From an uncultured delta proteobacterium (GTDB lineage Bacteria; Myxococcota_A; Polyangia; Polyangiales; B10-G4), in the NCBI GenBank assembly GCA_963727445.1, contig CAVSGI010000021.1, positions 672,001 to 736,000 on the forward strand: a DNA stretch of 64,000 bases, in the 5' to 3' direction. The first letter of the stretch is position 1. Every line of letters begins with the position of its first letter. The notes beneath the pieces were generated by a model, which was given only the letters and a program-made list of their open reading frames with translations, was not told the DNA's origin and made no database searches. Positions 35,750 through 46,512 of this stretch are shown piece by piece. A program made the position numbers and the translations under genes.

Positions 35750-36982
35750 TCAGCGCCGCCGGCGGCGGCGGCGAATGACGAGGGCGAGGCCGGCGGCGAG
35801 GAGAACGCCGGGCGCGCCCGCGTAGCGGAGGTCGCTGATGGTGGCGCCGCGTGCGTCGGCGCTGACGGGCGTGACGTCGATCACGTGGAAGCGCGGGACG
35901 TCGTCGCCGCCCGGGAAGTCGAACTCCGGATCGACGGTCATGTCCTCGGGCGCCATCGTCGTGAAGAAGCGGGTCACGTAGGCGTTGCGGTCGAGGATGG
36001 CCTGGGCCTCGATGTCGGTGACGCCGCCCTGCAACGTGTCCGTGGGCGCCGCGTACTCGGTGACGAAGGCGCGCCCGCCGGCGTCGGAGATCGCGCGGGC
36101 GACCTCCACCGGATAGGTGGTCTGCGCCGTCACCGAGAAGTCGGGCCGGATGGCGTCGTAGTCGGGCTCGGTCGACAGGTACGCGCCATCGGGCGCTGCG
36201 CGGTCCGGGCCGAAGGCGAGGACCATGACATCGAGGAGCGGCACCGAGGCGATCGCGGTGATGCGGAGCGGGACGCAGGGCTTCTGGCCGGTGTAGGTGA
36301 GGACCACCGGATCGAGCGTGCCGGTGCCGACACCGACCGGCTCGTACTTGAACGCGACGAAGAGGTGCCCTTCGCTCACGTAGTCGCCGATGAGCGTCGC
36401 GGCCTCGTCGGGGACGTCGTAACCGTTGAGGCTCAGCCACTCGATCAGCTGATCGGAGGTGTCGCCCGAGATGGTCGCGGTCTCGTAGTCGCCGACGCGC
36501 GACGCGTCCCAGACCATCACGCCGTCCACGTCCATGGTGCCGTCCGCGAAACCCGCGCCGCCACGCGCGGAAGGCGCCGCATCGTACGCCGCTCCGCATC
36601 CGGCGCCGCCGCCGCCACCGCGGCTCGCGCCGGTCGCGCGATTCACGAAGCGGAACTGCGGGTTCGTCTGACCGTCGAGCTGATCGAAGGTCGCGGCGTC
36701 CGCGATACCCACCTCTGGCAGCCCGAGCACCGGGATGATCCACGAGAAACCGACCGGCGCGTTGCCGTCGTATCGGATCTGGACGTAGGCGCGGATGGTG
36801 CCGTCCTCGTGCTTTTCGAAGATCACCCGCTCCGCCGCCTGGACCACTGGCTGTGGCCCGCTCCCGCCTCCGTCGCAGAAGAAACCGCCGCAAGCCTCGG
36901 CGGGGGTGGGCAGACTCGCCCAGACGAGGCCTGCCACCAGGCCGGATGCGGCAAAAAGCCAGATCTTCGAGCTCGACACCAT
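35750..36982 (-). CDS. DUF2330-family protein with MYXO-CTERM-like anchor
   Basis: AEACGGFFC, QAAERVIF, FSWIIPV, WL..NGY, PCVPLRIT, YVTRF; C-terminal TM helix plus RRRRRRR. Confidence 0.8.
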   Translation of the reverse strand: MVSSSKIWLFAASGLVAGLVWASLPTPAEACGGFFCDGGGSGPQPVVQAAERVIFEKHEDGTIRAYVQIRYDGNAPVGFSWIIPVLGLPEVGIADAATFDQLDGQTNPQFRFVNRATGASRGGGGGAGCGAAYDAAPSARGGAGFADGTMDVDGVMVWDASRVGDYETATISGDTSDQLIEWLSLNGYDVPDEAATLIGDYVSEGHLFVAFKYEPVGVGTGTLDPVVLTYTGQKPCVPLRITAIASVPLLDVMVLAFGPDRAAPDGAYLSTEPDYDAIRPDFSVTAQTTYPVEVARAISDAGGRAFVTEYAAPTDTLQGGVTDIEAQAILDRNAYVTRFFTTMAPEDMTVDPEFDFPGGDDVPRFHVIDVTPVSADARGATISDLRYAGAPGVLLAAGLALVIRRRRRRR

Positions 36983-37194
36983 CGCTCCTCCAAACCCAGC
37001 TGTGCCAGATGGCACAGCCTACCCACAAGCATATCAACAACCGTGCCGTTCTGGATCAAGGCCCTGAAAATCCGTTCAATGAGGCTCGAAGGCGCCTCGG
37101 GCGAATACGCGAGGGCAAGGACCCGTCCACCTGCCACCCCAATGCTTGAACTGACGCGCCCTTGGGTTCTACAAGGTGCGACACGGAGGTCCCT

Positions 37195-39513
37195 TTGGCT
37201 CGCTCGCACTCTTCGGCCCGCGCCTCGTTTGCGCTCTCGTTGCTGGTGTTCGCCGCTGGCTTCGTCGCCGCTCCCGCGGAGGCGCAGAGGCCAATCCCGG
37301 TCAACATCGAGTCGACTCCGCCAGGCGCGACCGTTCACCTCGACACCGACACAGGGCCGGTGCTCGGGACGACGCCGCTCCGCAACGTGCGGATCCCGCG
37401 CGGCTCGCACACGCTGATCTTCAAACTCGACAACCACGAAGAGGCGCGTCTGTCGGTGAACATTCGCCGCCGTCGCGAGACCTTCCGCGCCGTCCTCAAT
37501 CCGCTGGCGACGGTGGTGATCAGCGCCGGCAATGCCGCTGCGAACAGCGCCGCCGTGCGCATCGACGGCCAACCCCTGGGCAACATCCCCTTCCGTCAAA
37601 CGGTGCAACCCGGGCGGCATCTGATCCAGGTGGGGCGCGAGGGGTATGTGACCTTCTCGCAGTGGGTCGACCTCACGGGTGGTCAGGTCTTCAGCCTGCC
37701 CGTGCTCCTCGAGCCCGAGGCGCCGACCACCGGCTCGCTCCTGGTCGCGTCCGACATCAGCGGTGTGCCCATCTACGTCGACGGCGAGCAGCAAGGGACG
37801 ACGCCGACGGTGATCGAGAACGTCGCCGTGGGCCGGCGGACCATCGAGCTGCGACCGCCGGGGGGCGAGCCGCGCACCGAGATCGTGGTGATCCAGGCAG
37901 GCCAGCGCGCGACGCTGAACGTCGAGCTGCGCGCGGGCCCCGCGGCGGTGGGAAGCCTGCGCGTCATCGCCAACGTCCCCGGAGCGGTGATCAGCCTCGA
38001 CGGGGAAGCGCTCGGCGAAGCGCCGGTCTCGAAGAACGACGTGAGCCCCGGTGATCACATCCTCGAAGCCAGCGCCAACGGCTTTCAGGACCTGCAGCAG
38101 CCGGTCACCATCGAGAGCGGCCGCCAGCAGGTGGTCTCCCTCCGCCTCGAGCGGGATGCCCGCGAGGCCGGGGACATCATCGTGCGGACATCGGTGGGCT
38201 CGGCGGTGATCACGATCGACGGCGAGGAGCGCGGCAATCCGCCCGTGGTCGTGGACGCGCCGCCCGCCGGCACCCACGCCGTCGTCATCGTCGCCGACGG
38301 CTACGAGGACTTCCGCACGACGTGCGAGACCAGCCCGGGGAACAACTGCGAGATCGAGGCGCGGATGCGTCCGCGCGGCACGCCGGTGCACGTCGTGAGC
38401 AACGTGCGGGGTGCGCGGCTCACCGTCGACGGCCAGGTGGTCGGCCCGGTCCCCTACGAGGGCAACCTGCCCGTGGGACAGCATCGCATCGAGGTGCAGG
38501 CGCCCGGCTATCACAGCCACGTGGAAGAGGTGAACCTGCTCGCCAGCTCCGAGCCGCGCGAGTTCAACATCGCCCTCGCCGCCGAAGGCGATCTCTCGGA
38601 TGAGGAGCGCGCGGAGCGGCGTCAGCAGCGCGAGGCCGAGTACACGGCGGCCAGCACCCACGCCGCGGCCGTGCTCCCCTCGGACCTCGCCGTCCTCGAC
38701 ATCGCCGCCGGCTTCCCCTACCTCGCCGAGCTCCGTCTCAACGTCGGCATCCTCGATTGGCTCGAGGGCGGCTTCGGGGTGCGGACCTTCGGGCGCCTCA
38801 CCGAGTTCGAGGGGCGCATCAAGGCCGCGGTGAGGCCCATCCGGCAGCTCTCCATCGGCATCCAGATGCGGGTCGGCGGCGGTCTGGGCCCCGATCAGGG
38901 CATCGCTCAGGACGAGCAGTGGGAGGAGCAGTGCCTCGAAGGCGACACGCCGACCGATCCGGAGTTCGTCGCGAGCGGGCGGAGCAGTGCGTGCCCGGCC
39001 ACCGGCACCGCCATGCCCGGGACCAACGTCCAGACGGCGTCCCACTCCACGAACACGCTCTTCCTCTCGATGGAGGCCATCGGCACGCTGCACTTCAGCG
39101 ACGCTGGCGCCTTCAGCCTGTGGCTGGGCTTCGACGTGATCAGCGACAGCTACCACTACCTGGGGAGCGATTCGAGCTGCCTGCTCTACAGCGGGTACGG
39201 AGACGAGCTCATCACGCAGATGTACGACAGCGCCATGGGTACACCAACCGCCGCGAACCTGGCGTGCTCCATGAAGGACGACTTCGTCAAGGACATCACC
39301 GACCTCTCGAATCGTCCCGGCCCGCGCCAGGACATCGGCCGCCTCCGCCTCGGCGGCTCGCTCGACCTCGTCCTCAGCCGTCACTGGAACGTCTGGGCGG
39401 TCCTCGAAGGCATCCTCGCCGGTGACAAGCGGCGCGTCCTCGGCGACGTCTTCGGCCTCGGCGGGACCGACACCCAGCTCTATTTCCAGCTCGGTCTCTC
39501 CTACAAGTTCTGA
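37195..39513 (+). CDS. Multi-PEGA-domain outer-membrane protein
   Basis: Signal peptide; about six PEGA repeats (e.g. STPPGATV...GTTP); C-terminal YFQLGLSYKF. Confidence 0.85.
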   Translation: MARSHSSARASFALSLLVFAAGFVAAPAEAQRPIPVNIESTPPGATVHLDTDTGPVLGTTPLRNVRIPRGSHTLIFKLDNHEEARLSVNIRRRRETFRAVLNPLATVVISAGNAAANSAAVRIDGQPLGNIPFRQTVQPGRHLIQVGREGYVTFSQWVDLTGGQVFSLPVLLEPEAPTTGSLLVASDISGVPIYVDGEQQGTTPTVIENVAVGRRTIELRPPGGEPRTEIVVIQAGQRATLNVELRAGPAAVGSLRVIANVPGAVISLDGEALGEAPVSKNDVSPGDHILEASANGFQDLQQPVTIESGRQQVVSLRLERDAREAGDIIVRTSVGSAVITIDGEERGNPPVVVDAPPAGTHAVVIVADGYEDFRTTCETSPGNNCEIEARMRPRGTPVHVVSNVRGARLTVDGQVVGPVPYEGNLPVGQHRIEVQAPGYHSHVEEVNLLASSEPREFNIALAAEGDLSDEERAERRQQREAEYTAASTHAAAVLPSDLAVLDIAAGFPYLAELRLNVGILDWLEGGFGVRTFGRLTEFEGRIKAAVRPIRQLSIGIQMRVGGGLGPDQGIAQDEQWEEQCLEGDTPTDPEFVASGRSSACPATGTAMPGTNVQTASHSTNTLFLSMEAIGTLHFSDAGAFSLWLGFDVISDSYHYLGSDSSCLLYSGYGDELITQMYDSAMGTPTAANLACSMKDDFVKDITDLSNRPGPRQDIGRLRLGGSLDLVLSRHWNVWAVLEGILAGDKRRVLGDVFGLGGTDTQLYFQLGLSYKF

Positions 39514-39572
39514 CAGGCCCTCGAGCCGCGGGCGGTGGTCGCCCCGAAGGCGGCCGTGCTAGCGTCACGAGG

Positions 39573-40574
39573 GTGAGGTCGCTCGCGCCCTTGATGTTCG
39601 TGGCGCTCTTCGGGGCGAGCTCCGTCAGCGCGCAGGACTCTCAGAGCGAAGAGACGACGAGCGTGGAGCCACTGGTCCTGCGTCCCACGCCCGAGCTTCG
39701 GAGGCTCTCGGGGCGGGTGGCCCACACGATTCACCGCCGCACGGGTGCGCGGGTGATCCTCGGCGAGGAGCCGCCGCCGGAGCTCCTCGAGGCCGTCCCC
39801 GCGCGGCACGTGGCCATCGCCCGGCGCGAGGACAACCCCGCCGAGATCCGCGTCGTCTTCGGAGGCGAGGAGGGGATCAGCTACGGCACGACCGTCTTCC
39901 TGACGCGTCTGTCGGGGGACGCAGCCGAGCGCGCCATCGCCCTCGCGATCGAGGCGCTCGAAGACGCGGCCCGCGACGGGCCTCCGCCCGACACCGCGGA
40001 GCACGGCTCGGCCTGGGTCACGCGCTATACGTTGATCACGCCCCTGCCGCGGCCAGAGCCCGTGGAGGCCATCGCCAAGCCGACGATCTTTCTGCGCCTC
40101 CTGCTCGGCTACTCGCCCACGCGGGGTCAGGTGTTGATCGGTCCTGGCGCGGGCCTCGGCCTCTGCGTCGGGCCGCACTGCGTGGTGCTCGAAGGTGATC
40201 TGCCGCTCGTCCCGAGCGAGACCACCGCCAACGACGGCGCCACCGTCTCCTATCGCCCGGTCAACGTGAGCGTCCGCGGTCAGTTCCGTCCCAAGTGGAG
40301 CGACACCTGGATCCCCGGTATCTCGATCGGATTCGTGACGCGCATCGGCAATGCCTCGATCGTCGACACCGACATCAGCCAGACCGTGTCGAACCTCGGG
40401 ATCCGCGGCACGGTGGAGCTCGCGTGGCGCTTCATCCCGCGCTTCGAGTTCGTCGTCGAAGCCGGCATGGACGTCGCGATCAGCCGCGCGCAGTTCGTGC
40501 GCTACGGTGAGGTCGTGGCCCTCGAGGATTTCTGGACGCCATGGTTCGTCACCTCTTTCAGGCTTCGCCCATGA
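39573..40574 (+). CDS. Hypothetical exported protein with probable C-terminal beta-barrel
   Basis: Signal peptide; amphipathic strands; ATGA overlap with the ECF sigma gene. Confidence 0.6.
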   Translation: MRSLAPLMFVALFGASSVSAQDSQSEETTSVEPLVLRPTPELRRLSGRVAHTIHRRTGARVILGEEPPPELLEAVPARHVAIARREDNPAEIRVVFGGEEGISYGTTVFLTRLSGDAAERAIALAIEALEDAARDGPPPDTAEHGSAWVTRYTLITPLPRPEPVEAIAKPTIFLRLLLGYSPTRGQVLIGPGAGLGLCVGPHCVVLEGDLPLVPSETTANDGATVSYRPVNVSVRGQFRPKWSDTWIPGISIGFVTRIGNASIVDTDISQTVSNLGIRGTVELAWRFIPRFEFVVEAGMDVAISRAQFVRYGEVVALEDFWTPWFVTSFRLRP

Positions 40575-41242
40575 GCCGCTTCCGAATGAAGAGGGTCGTC
40601 GTTGGAAAGGAGGGGGCTCCGGAGCGACTCAGGTCTGTGGGACAGGGCGCGCGGGTGGTGACGATCGCCAAGAATGCGGAAATCGAAGATGAATTCGAGA
40701 ACTTGCGCCTTGCCGGGGCGGGGGACGAGAGCGCCGTGCGCTGGCTCTTTCGCACGCATCTCGGCCTCATCCATCGGACCTGTGCCCGGATCCTCGGCCC
40801 GAGCGATCCCGAGCTCGAGGACGTGGTGCAGAAGGTCTTCCTCGCTGCGCTCGAGGCCGCGCACCGCTTCGACGGCCGCTCGAAGGTCTCCACCTGGTTG
40901 GTGGGTATCGCCACGCGCCGGGCGCTCGACCAGGCGCGGGCGCGCTATCGGCAGAACCGGTGGCGGACGATGAAGGAGACGGTCGGCCTCGGGCGTGCGG
41001 CGGCGCGGCCGGACACCCGTCACCACGCCCTCAGGGAGGCGCACGACGCGCTCGCGCAGCTCACGCCGGACCAGCGCACGGTGTTCGTGCTGAACGCGGT
41101 CGAGGGCTACACGTTCAAGGAGATTCAGGAGATGACCGGGGTCGGCATCTCCACGTTGCACGCGCGCCTCAAGGCTGCGCGCAAACGCCTCGACGCATTG
41201 ATGGCCGAGGCCGACGGAGGAAACGATGGATCGGCCGCCTAG
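40571..41242 (+). CDS. ECF RNA polymerase sigma factor
   Basis: [20 protein letters not shown], region 4 EGYTFKEI...STLHARL. Confidence 0.92.
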   Translation: MSRFRMKRVVVGKEGAPERLRSVGQGARVVTIAKNAEIEDEFENLRLAGAGDESAVRWLFRTHLGLIHRTCARILGPSDPELEDVVQKVFLAALEAAHRFDGRSKVSTWLVGIATRRALDQARARYRQNRWRTMKETVGLGRAAARPDTRHHALREAHDALAQLTPDQRTVFVLNAVEGYTFKEIQEMTGVGISTLHARLKAARKRLDALMAEADGGNDGSAA

Positions 41243-42710
41243 CGGGAGCGACCGCGTCGCCGCTCTCCTCGAGAGCGAGCCCGAGCTCGACGAGCTCACG
41301 CGCTTGCGTATGGAGAAGAACCTCCTGTCGGCGGTGGAGGCAGGCGAGCACCTGGCGATCGACGATGAGGAGAGGGCGGGCGCCGAGCGTCCTTCGCCCG
41401 GGCGCCGCGTGCGCGGTGGTCTCGTCGTGGCGGCGGTGATCGCAGCGGCCGCGGCGGTGGCCTTCGTGGTGCTGGGCGATGCCGCCGACGGCGCGCACCC
41501 CGAGGTCGCCCGGAGCGAGCACGCGAGCTTCCTCCGCTATCACGAGGGCGAGACCGCGGAGCGCGGTGAGCTGGCCGCTGGCCACGCCCTGTCGACCGAA
41601 ACGGGCGAGCGCTTCGAGGTGCGCATGGGCGCGGCACGCGTGGACGTGACCCCCACCTCCGAGGTGCACTTCGCGCGCCTCGACGCCCAGCGGGTGGAGG
41701 TCGAGCTCACCCGCGGCGCGGTGGAGGTCGAGCTTCACCCTGCGCGGCGCGGCGATCAGACCCTGCGCGTCACCACGAGTCGCGCCTTCGTCGACGTGGT
41801 CGGCACCGTCTTCCGCGTCTCCATCGACGATGGTGACACCCTGGTCTCCACGGTCGAGGGCACGGTGCGCGTGACCCCGCGAGACGGCGGGGACGTCCGG
41901 CTGGTGCGGGGCGGGGAGGAGACGCGGGTGGGGGCGTCGACGGTGGCGGCGCAGATGGAAATGGAGACAGAGACGGGGAGGACGGGGACGGGAGCGGGAA
42001 CGGGAACGGGAACGGGAACGGGAACGGGAACGGGCACGGGAACGGGAACGGGAACGGGAACGGGAACGGGAGCGGGGACGGGAACGGGAGCGGGAGCGGG
42101 CACGGGCACGGGCACGGGCACGGGAACGGGAACGGGAACGGAGACGGGAACGGGAACGGGAACGGGAACGGGAACGGGAACGGGAACGGGAACGGGAACG
42201 GAGACGGGAACGGGAACGGGAACGGAGACGGGAACGGGAACGGGCATGGGAGCGGGCACGGGCGCGGGAGAGGAGGCGGAGGCCGACTCCGCCGCGGCGA
42301 CCCTCGCTTCACCTCCGACCGTTCAATCTCGCTTCGATGCTGCCGAGGCGCGCCTCGATGCCAGTGATCACATCACCGGACGTCGCATCCTCGGCCGGAT
42401 CGCCATGAACACACACGTTGCGGCGCACCGCGTGCGCGCGCACACGTTGATCGCCGAGTCCTTCACGGCGCAGCACCGCTATCGCGAAGCGGCGATGGCC
42501 TACGCGCAGGCGGTGGCCGCCGGTGGCGATTCGGTGGCCGCGCAGAACGCGCTCTTCGCCCAGGGCCGCCTCTACGAGCGCCAGATGCACGACCGCGCCG
42601 CGGCCGCCGATGCCTACCGGCGCTACCTCGAGCTCGCTCCGGGCGGCGCCCACGCCGACCACATCCACCGCGCGCTCTGTCGCATGGGATACGAGGAACA
42701 CTGTCAATGA
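41226..42710 (+). CDS. FecR-like anti-sigma factor with (GT)n linker and C-terminal TPR
   Basis: TM helix; [21 protein letters not shown] FecR motifs; [14 protein letters not shown]. Confidence 0.88.
   Translation: MDRPPSGSDRVAALLESEPELDELTRLRMEKNLLSAVEAGEHLAIDDEERAGAERPSPGRRVRGGLVVAAVIAAAAAVAFVVLGDAADGAHPEVARSEHASFLRYHEGETAERGELAAGHALSTETGERFEVRMGAARVDVTPTSEVHFARLDAQRVEVELTRGAVEVELHPARRGDQTLRVTTSRAFVDVVGTVFRVSIDDGDTLVSTVEGTVRVTPRDGGDVRLVRGGEETRVGASTVAAQMEMETETGRTGTGAGTGTGTGTGTGTGTGTGTGTGTGTGAGTGTGAGAGTGTGTGTGTGTGTETGTGTGTGTGTGTGTGTGTETGTGTGTETGTGTGMGAGTGAGEEAEADSAAATLASPPTVQSRFDAAEARLDASDHITGRRILGRIAMNTHVAAHRVRAHTLIAESFTAQHRYREAAMAYAQAVAAGGDSVAAQNALFAQGRLYERQMHDRAAAADAYRRYLELAPGGAHADHIHRALCRMGYEEHCQ
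41982..42269. repeat. Coding hexamer microsatellite (ACGGGA)n, about 48 units
   Basis: Visible directly; encodes Thr-Gly repeats with occasional Ala/Glu/Met variants. Confidence 0.97.
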
Positions 42711-43918
42711 GAGCGCTCGCCGTCGGCTTCGCGGTTCTTCTCACCGCATGCACCCGCATCATCCTCCTCGAGGGGGACAGCGGCCTCCGCCCGCGCGACG
42801 CCTCGGTCGACGCCGTGATCGTCGACGGAAGCACGGACGTCGGTCGCGACGGAGGGCCCGACACCGGCGTCATGCTCCCGACCGGGAAGTGCTCGGAGTC
42901 GAGCCAGGTCGATCTGCTCTTCATCGTCGACAATTCCAACTCCATGACCGAAGAGCAGGCGCAGCTGGCCGCCCAGCTTCCGAGCTTCGTCGAGACGCTT
43001 CGCAATCCGCCCGACAGCGACGGCGACGGGGAGGCGGACTTTCCTCCGATCGACGACCTGCACGTCGGCGTCGTCACCAGCGACATGGGCACGGGCGGCT
43101 TCCTGGTGCCGACCTGCAGCGAGCCCAACTTCGGCGACGACGGCGTTCTGCGCACCACGGGCAACACCGCCATCATGGGTTGCAGCGCCACCTATCCGCC
43201 CTTCCTGAATTACACTGCCGGTGACGACCCGGCGGCCTTCGCGGCCGAGGTGGGCTGCGTGGCGGTGGCGGGCACCGGCGGCTGCGGATTCGAGCAGCAG
43301 CTCGAAGCGGCGCTCAAGGCGGTGACGCCGAGCACTTCGGACATCACGTTCGCGATGGGCACCACCGGCCACGCTGACGGCGCGAACGCCGGCTTTCTGC
43401 GGCCGGCGTCCATGCTGGGCGTCATCCTCGTGACCGATGAGGAGGACTGCTCCGCGCTGGATCCCGAGCTCTTCGACCCGAGCACCGCGGTCTACACCGG
43501 CGACCTCAACCTCCGCTGCTTCAGCTATCCCGGCGCCGTTCATCCCATCGATCGATACATCGATGGGTTCCGCGCCCTGCGGAGTGACCGCCCGGACCTC
43601 TTCACCTTCGTGGCCATCGCCGGCGTGCCGGCGGACCTCGCGCCTGCGGCGGTCACCGACCCCGACGAGATGGACGCCATCCTGGCGGACCCGCGCATGG
43701 CCGAGGAGATCGACCCGGAGATGCCGACGCGTCTCAGGCCTTCGTGCGACGAGCCGGGCATCGGCTTGGCGTTTCCTCCGCGGAGGCTGGTGGGCGTCGC
43801 CCGAGCCTTTCCCGGGCAATCTGTCGTCGCCAGCATTTGCCAGCGGGACTGGACCGTACCCGTTCAGACGATCAGCGACACGGTCGGTCGAAGAGCTTGC
43901 ACCTCTTACCTCCGGTGA
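42707..43918 (+). CDS. vWA-domain lipoprotein
   Basis: Lipobox [17 protein letters not shown] (DxSxS MIDAS), [25 protein letters not shown]. Confidence 0.8.
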   Translation: MRALAVGFAVLLTACTRIILLEGDSGLRPRDASVDAVIVDGSTDVGRDGGPDTGVMLPTGKCSESSQVDLLFIVDNSNSMTEEQAQLAAQLPSFVETLRNPPDSDGDGEADFPPIDDLHVGVVTSDMGTGGFLVPTCSEPNFGDDGVLRTTGNTAIMGCSATYPPFLNYTAGDDPAAFAAEVGCVAVAGTGGCGFEQQLEAALKAVTPSTSDITFAMGTTGHADGANAGFLRPASMLGVILVTDEEDCSALDPELFDPSTAVYTGDLNLRCFSYPGAVHPIDRYIDGFRALRSDRPDLFTFVAIAGVPADLAPAAVTDPDEMDAILADPRMAEEIDPEMPTRLRPSCDEPGIGLAFPPRRLVGVARAFPGQSVVASICQRDWTVPVQTISDTVGRRACTSYLR

Positions 43919-43964
43919 TCTCTCGCTTGAGCGGTCGGCAAGAGTCGCGGTAGCGTCCACGCCC

Positions 43965-44255
43965 ATGGGGAGCGCCCGGAGTAGCGATGTCGAAGGCATG
44001 AAGGTCTTCGCCCAGGCCGGGCGAGAGATCGGCGTGGTGATGGGTCTCGACGTCGACCTGAGTGACTTCACCATTCGCACGATGGAGATCAAGCTCCGGC
44101 GCGAGATCCTCGAGTCCCTGAAGATGAAGGTCCCGCTGATGGGGACACAGACCATCCACCTCCCTGTCGAGCACGTCGAAGCGATCGGCGACACGGTGGT
44201 GCTGTCGACGACCGTCGAGGAGCTGTCGGCTCTCGATCTCGGCGAGGAAGGATGA
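43965..44255 (+). CDS. PRC-barrel domain protein
   Basis: GMKVFAQAGREIGVV...VEAIGDTVVL. Confidence 0.75.
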   Translation: MGSARSSDVEGMKVFAQAGREIGVVMGLDVDLSDFTIRTMEIKLRREILESLKMKVPLMGTQTIHLPVEHVEAIGDTVVLSTTVEELSALDLGEEG

Positions 44256-44259
44256 GGCG

Positions 44260-44910
44260 ATGATCGAGGGGAACTTCATCGTGCTCGAAGGCGTCGACGG
44301 CGCCGGGACGACTACCCACACCAAGCTCCTCGCCAATGGGCTGGGCGACCGGGGGTTGCCGGTGCACATCACACGCGAGCCCAGCGACGGGCCGGTGGGC
44401 ATGCTCCTGCGGCAGATACTCACCGGGCGGATCATCGTACCCGGCATGCAAGGCGGACGGCCGCCCAACTGGACGACCATGGCGCTGCTCTTCGCCGCCG
44501 ACCGCACCGATCATTGCGAGTCGGAGATCGTTCCCAATCTGATGGACGGCGTGACGGTGGTCAGCGATCGCTTCGACTACTCCTCGGTGGCGTATCAGTC
44601 CATCACCGGAGGTGGGGGCGACGAAGTCGTGAACTGGGTGGCCACCCTCAACAAGCACGCGCGCCGGCCGGATCTCACCATCGTCCTCGACGTCCCGCCG
44701 GAGGTGGCGGCGAAGCGCCGGCTCACCCGGACCGCCGGTCGAGAGATGTACGATGATGGGGAGCTGCAGGAGGCTCTCGCCTCGTTCTACTCGAGCATCG
44801 AGACGCACTTCCCGGACGACATGATCGTCCACGTCGACGCGGACCGAGACGTCGAGGTCGTCGCCGCCGAGATCATGCGGCACGTCCGGAGGCTCCGAAA
44901 CGAGGACTGA
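44260..44910 (+). CDS. tmk: Thymidylate kinase
   Basis: FIVLEGVDGAGTTT, TREP, LLFAADR, SDRFDYSSVAYQ, PDLTIVLD. Confidence 0.95.
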   Translation: MIEGNFIVLEGVDGAGTTTHTKLLANGLGDRGLPVHITREPSDGPVGMLLRQILTGRIIVPGMQGGRPPNWTTMALLFAADRTDHCESEIVPNLMDGVTVVSDRFDYSSVAYQSITGGGGDEVVNWVATLNKHARRPDLTIVLDVPPEVAAKRRLTRTAGREMYDDGELQEALASFYSSIETHFPDDMIVHVDADRDVEVVAAEIMRHVRRLRNED

Positions 44911-44973
44911 GGGCCGCGCGCCGGCACCGCCGGTAATTTCGAATCGGCTGGCGATGCGCCCTACACCAACGGC

Positions 44974-45438
44974 ATGCGCATCACGATCCTCAGCGCCTTG
45001 ACCCTTCTCCTCTCGGGTTGCGGGGGCGGAACGGCGCAGACGACTCCCGAGCGCGCCGAGGCGCCAGCGCCCGAGCCCGCGCCCGCGGAGGCGCCGCCGC
45101 CTCCTCCTTCGGTGGAGGGACAGATTTCGCGGGCCTCGCTGAACGTCGTTCTCGACGCCGGCCTCGGCCGCTTCCTCCAGGGCGTCGTCACCGAGCCCCA
45201 CCTCGAAGACGGACACTTCGTGGGCTTCCGACTGGTGAGCCTCTACCCCGACGACGAGCGGATGCGGTCGGTCGATCTCGTCCCCGGTGACGTCGTCACC
45301 AAGGTCAACGGTCAGCCCATCGAGCGGCCCGAGCAGGCGATGCGCGTCTGGAGCTCGCTGCGGGTCGCGAGCGAGCTCCTCGTCGACTACCAACGCGACG
45401 GCGAGGAGCGCCAGCTGCGCTTCGCCATCGTCGACTGA
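44974..45438 (+). CDS. Lipoprotein with GspC-like PDZ domain
   Basis: Lipobox LSG-C; GFRL...L.PGDVVTKVNG...RDGE. Confidence 0.75.
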   Translation: MRITILSALTLLLSGCGGGTAQTTPERAEAPAPEPAPAEAPPPPPSVEGQISRASLNVVLDAGLGRFLQGVVTEPHLEDGHFVGFRLVSLYPDDERMRSVDLVPGDVVTKVNGQPIERPEQAMRVWSSLRVASELLVDYQRDGEERQLRFAIVD

Positions 45439-45449
45439 GCGGTCGCGCC

Positions 45450-46511
45450 TCAGAGGCCGAGGGCGGTCGACAAGAGGGCCAGTCCCTCCTCCACCACGTC
45501 GTCGTCCTTGGTCCAGCCGACGCGGAACGATGAGCGCTCGGCGCCGAAGAACTCTCCCGGTGCCACGATCAAGCCGTGGGCTCGTGCCGCCTCTTCCACC
45601 CGGGGCCGCACGTCCACGTCCGATGCGATTCGCACGAAGCCGCAGAAGCCGGCGGGCGGTTTGATCCACGACAGCGCGTCGTGTCTCCCGACCCATGCAT
45701 CCACCCGTGACGCGCCCTCTCCGACGAAGGCGTCGGCGCGGGCGTCCAGGGCTTCGCTCGCCTCGAGGGCGGCGAGGCCGATCGCCGTGTGCGGGCTGCC
45801 GGTCTGACCGGTGACGTGCCTCATCGCGGTCGCCGCGGGTCCCGTGAGGAACGCTGGCGGACCGAGGAGCCAGCCGGCGCGCGCCCAGCCCATGCCCCAG
45901 CGCTTGGTGAGGCTCGAGGCGGCGAGCACGCGCTCGCCCAGGCGGCGCGCGGTTCGGGGCGGCCCTTCGGCGAAGGCGGCGTAGACCTCGTCGACGAAGA
46001 GCCAGACGCCCTGGGCGGCGCAGAGGTCGTGAATGCGTCGAAGGGTCGGTTCGGGGATGGGGAGGCCGCTCGGATTGTGGGGGCTGCTCAGGAGGACCAT
46101 CTTGGTCCGCTCGCTCATCCGGGCCTCGATCTCGACGGGATCGAGCGCAAAGGCACGCGCGAAGGGCCGCTCCACGTGCGTCACCACCGCGCCGAGGCCC
46201 GCTGGGATCGCGTGCAGCGGCTCGTACGTGGGCGTCTCGACGATCACCTCGTCGCCTGGCGCGAGGATCGCCGCGCAGGCGAGCCACAGCGCGTTCGATA
46301 CACCGAGAGTGGGCAGGACCTCTTCCTTCGCGACGCCGAAACGCGCGGCCAGCCGTTCGCGAAAGGCATACCAGGTGCCGAAGTCCGAGAGTGCGATCTC
46401 GCCCAGGCTCGAAGCGTCCAGATCCGGCGTCCCGCTCGACGCGAGATCGAAGCGGGTGATCCGCGGGTAGAGCTGGTGCGCCCAGCGCAGGTAGCGGAGG
46501 TCGGCGAGCAT
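45450..46511 (-). CDS. PLP-dependent class I/II aminotransferase
   Basis: PGDEVIVETPTY, PHNPSG, VDEVY, SLTK...RAGW. Confidence 0.9.
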   Translation of the reverse strand: MLADLRYLRWAHQLYPRITRFDLASSGTPDLDASSLGEIALSDFGTWYAFRERLAARFGVAKEEVLPTLGVSNALWLACAAILAPGDEVIVETPTYEPLHAIPAGLGAVVTHVERPFARAFALDPVEIEARMSERTKMVLLSSPHNPSGLPIPEPTLRRIHDLCAAQGVWLFVDEVYAAFAEGPPRTARRLGERVLAASSLTKRWGMGWARAGWLLGPPAFLTGPAATAMRHVTGQTGSPHTAIGLAALEASEALDARADAFVGEGASRVDAWVGRHDALSWIKPPAGFCGFVRIASDVDVRPRVEEAARAHGLIVAPGEFFGAERSSFRVGWTKDDDVVEEGLALLSTALGL

Positions 46512-46512
46512 C

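Noticed and set aside
41756..42312. Minus-strand (PV)n and (PF)n ORFs
   Set aside because: Antisense translations of the hexamer microsatellite.
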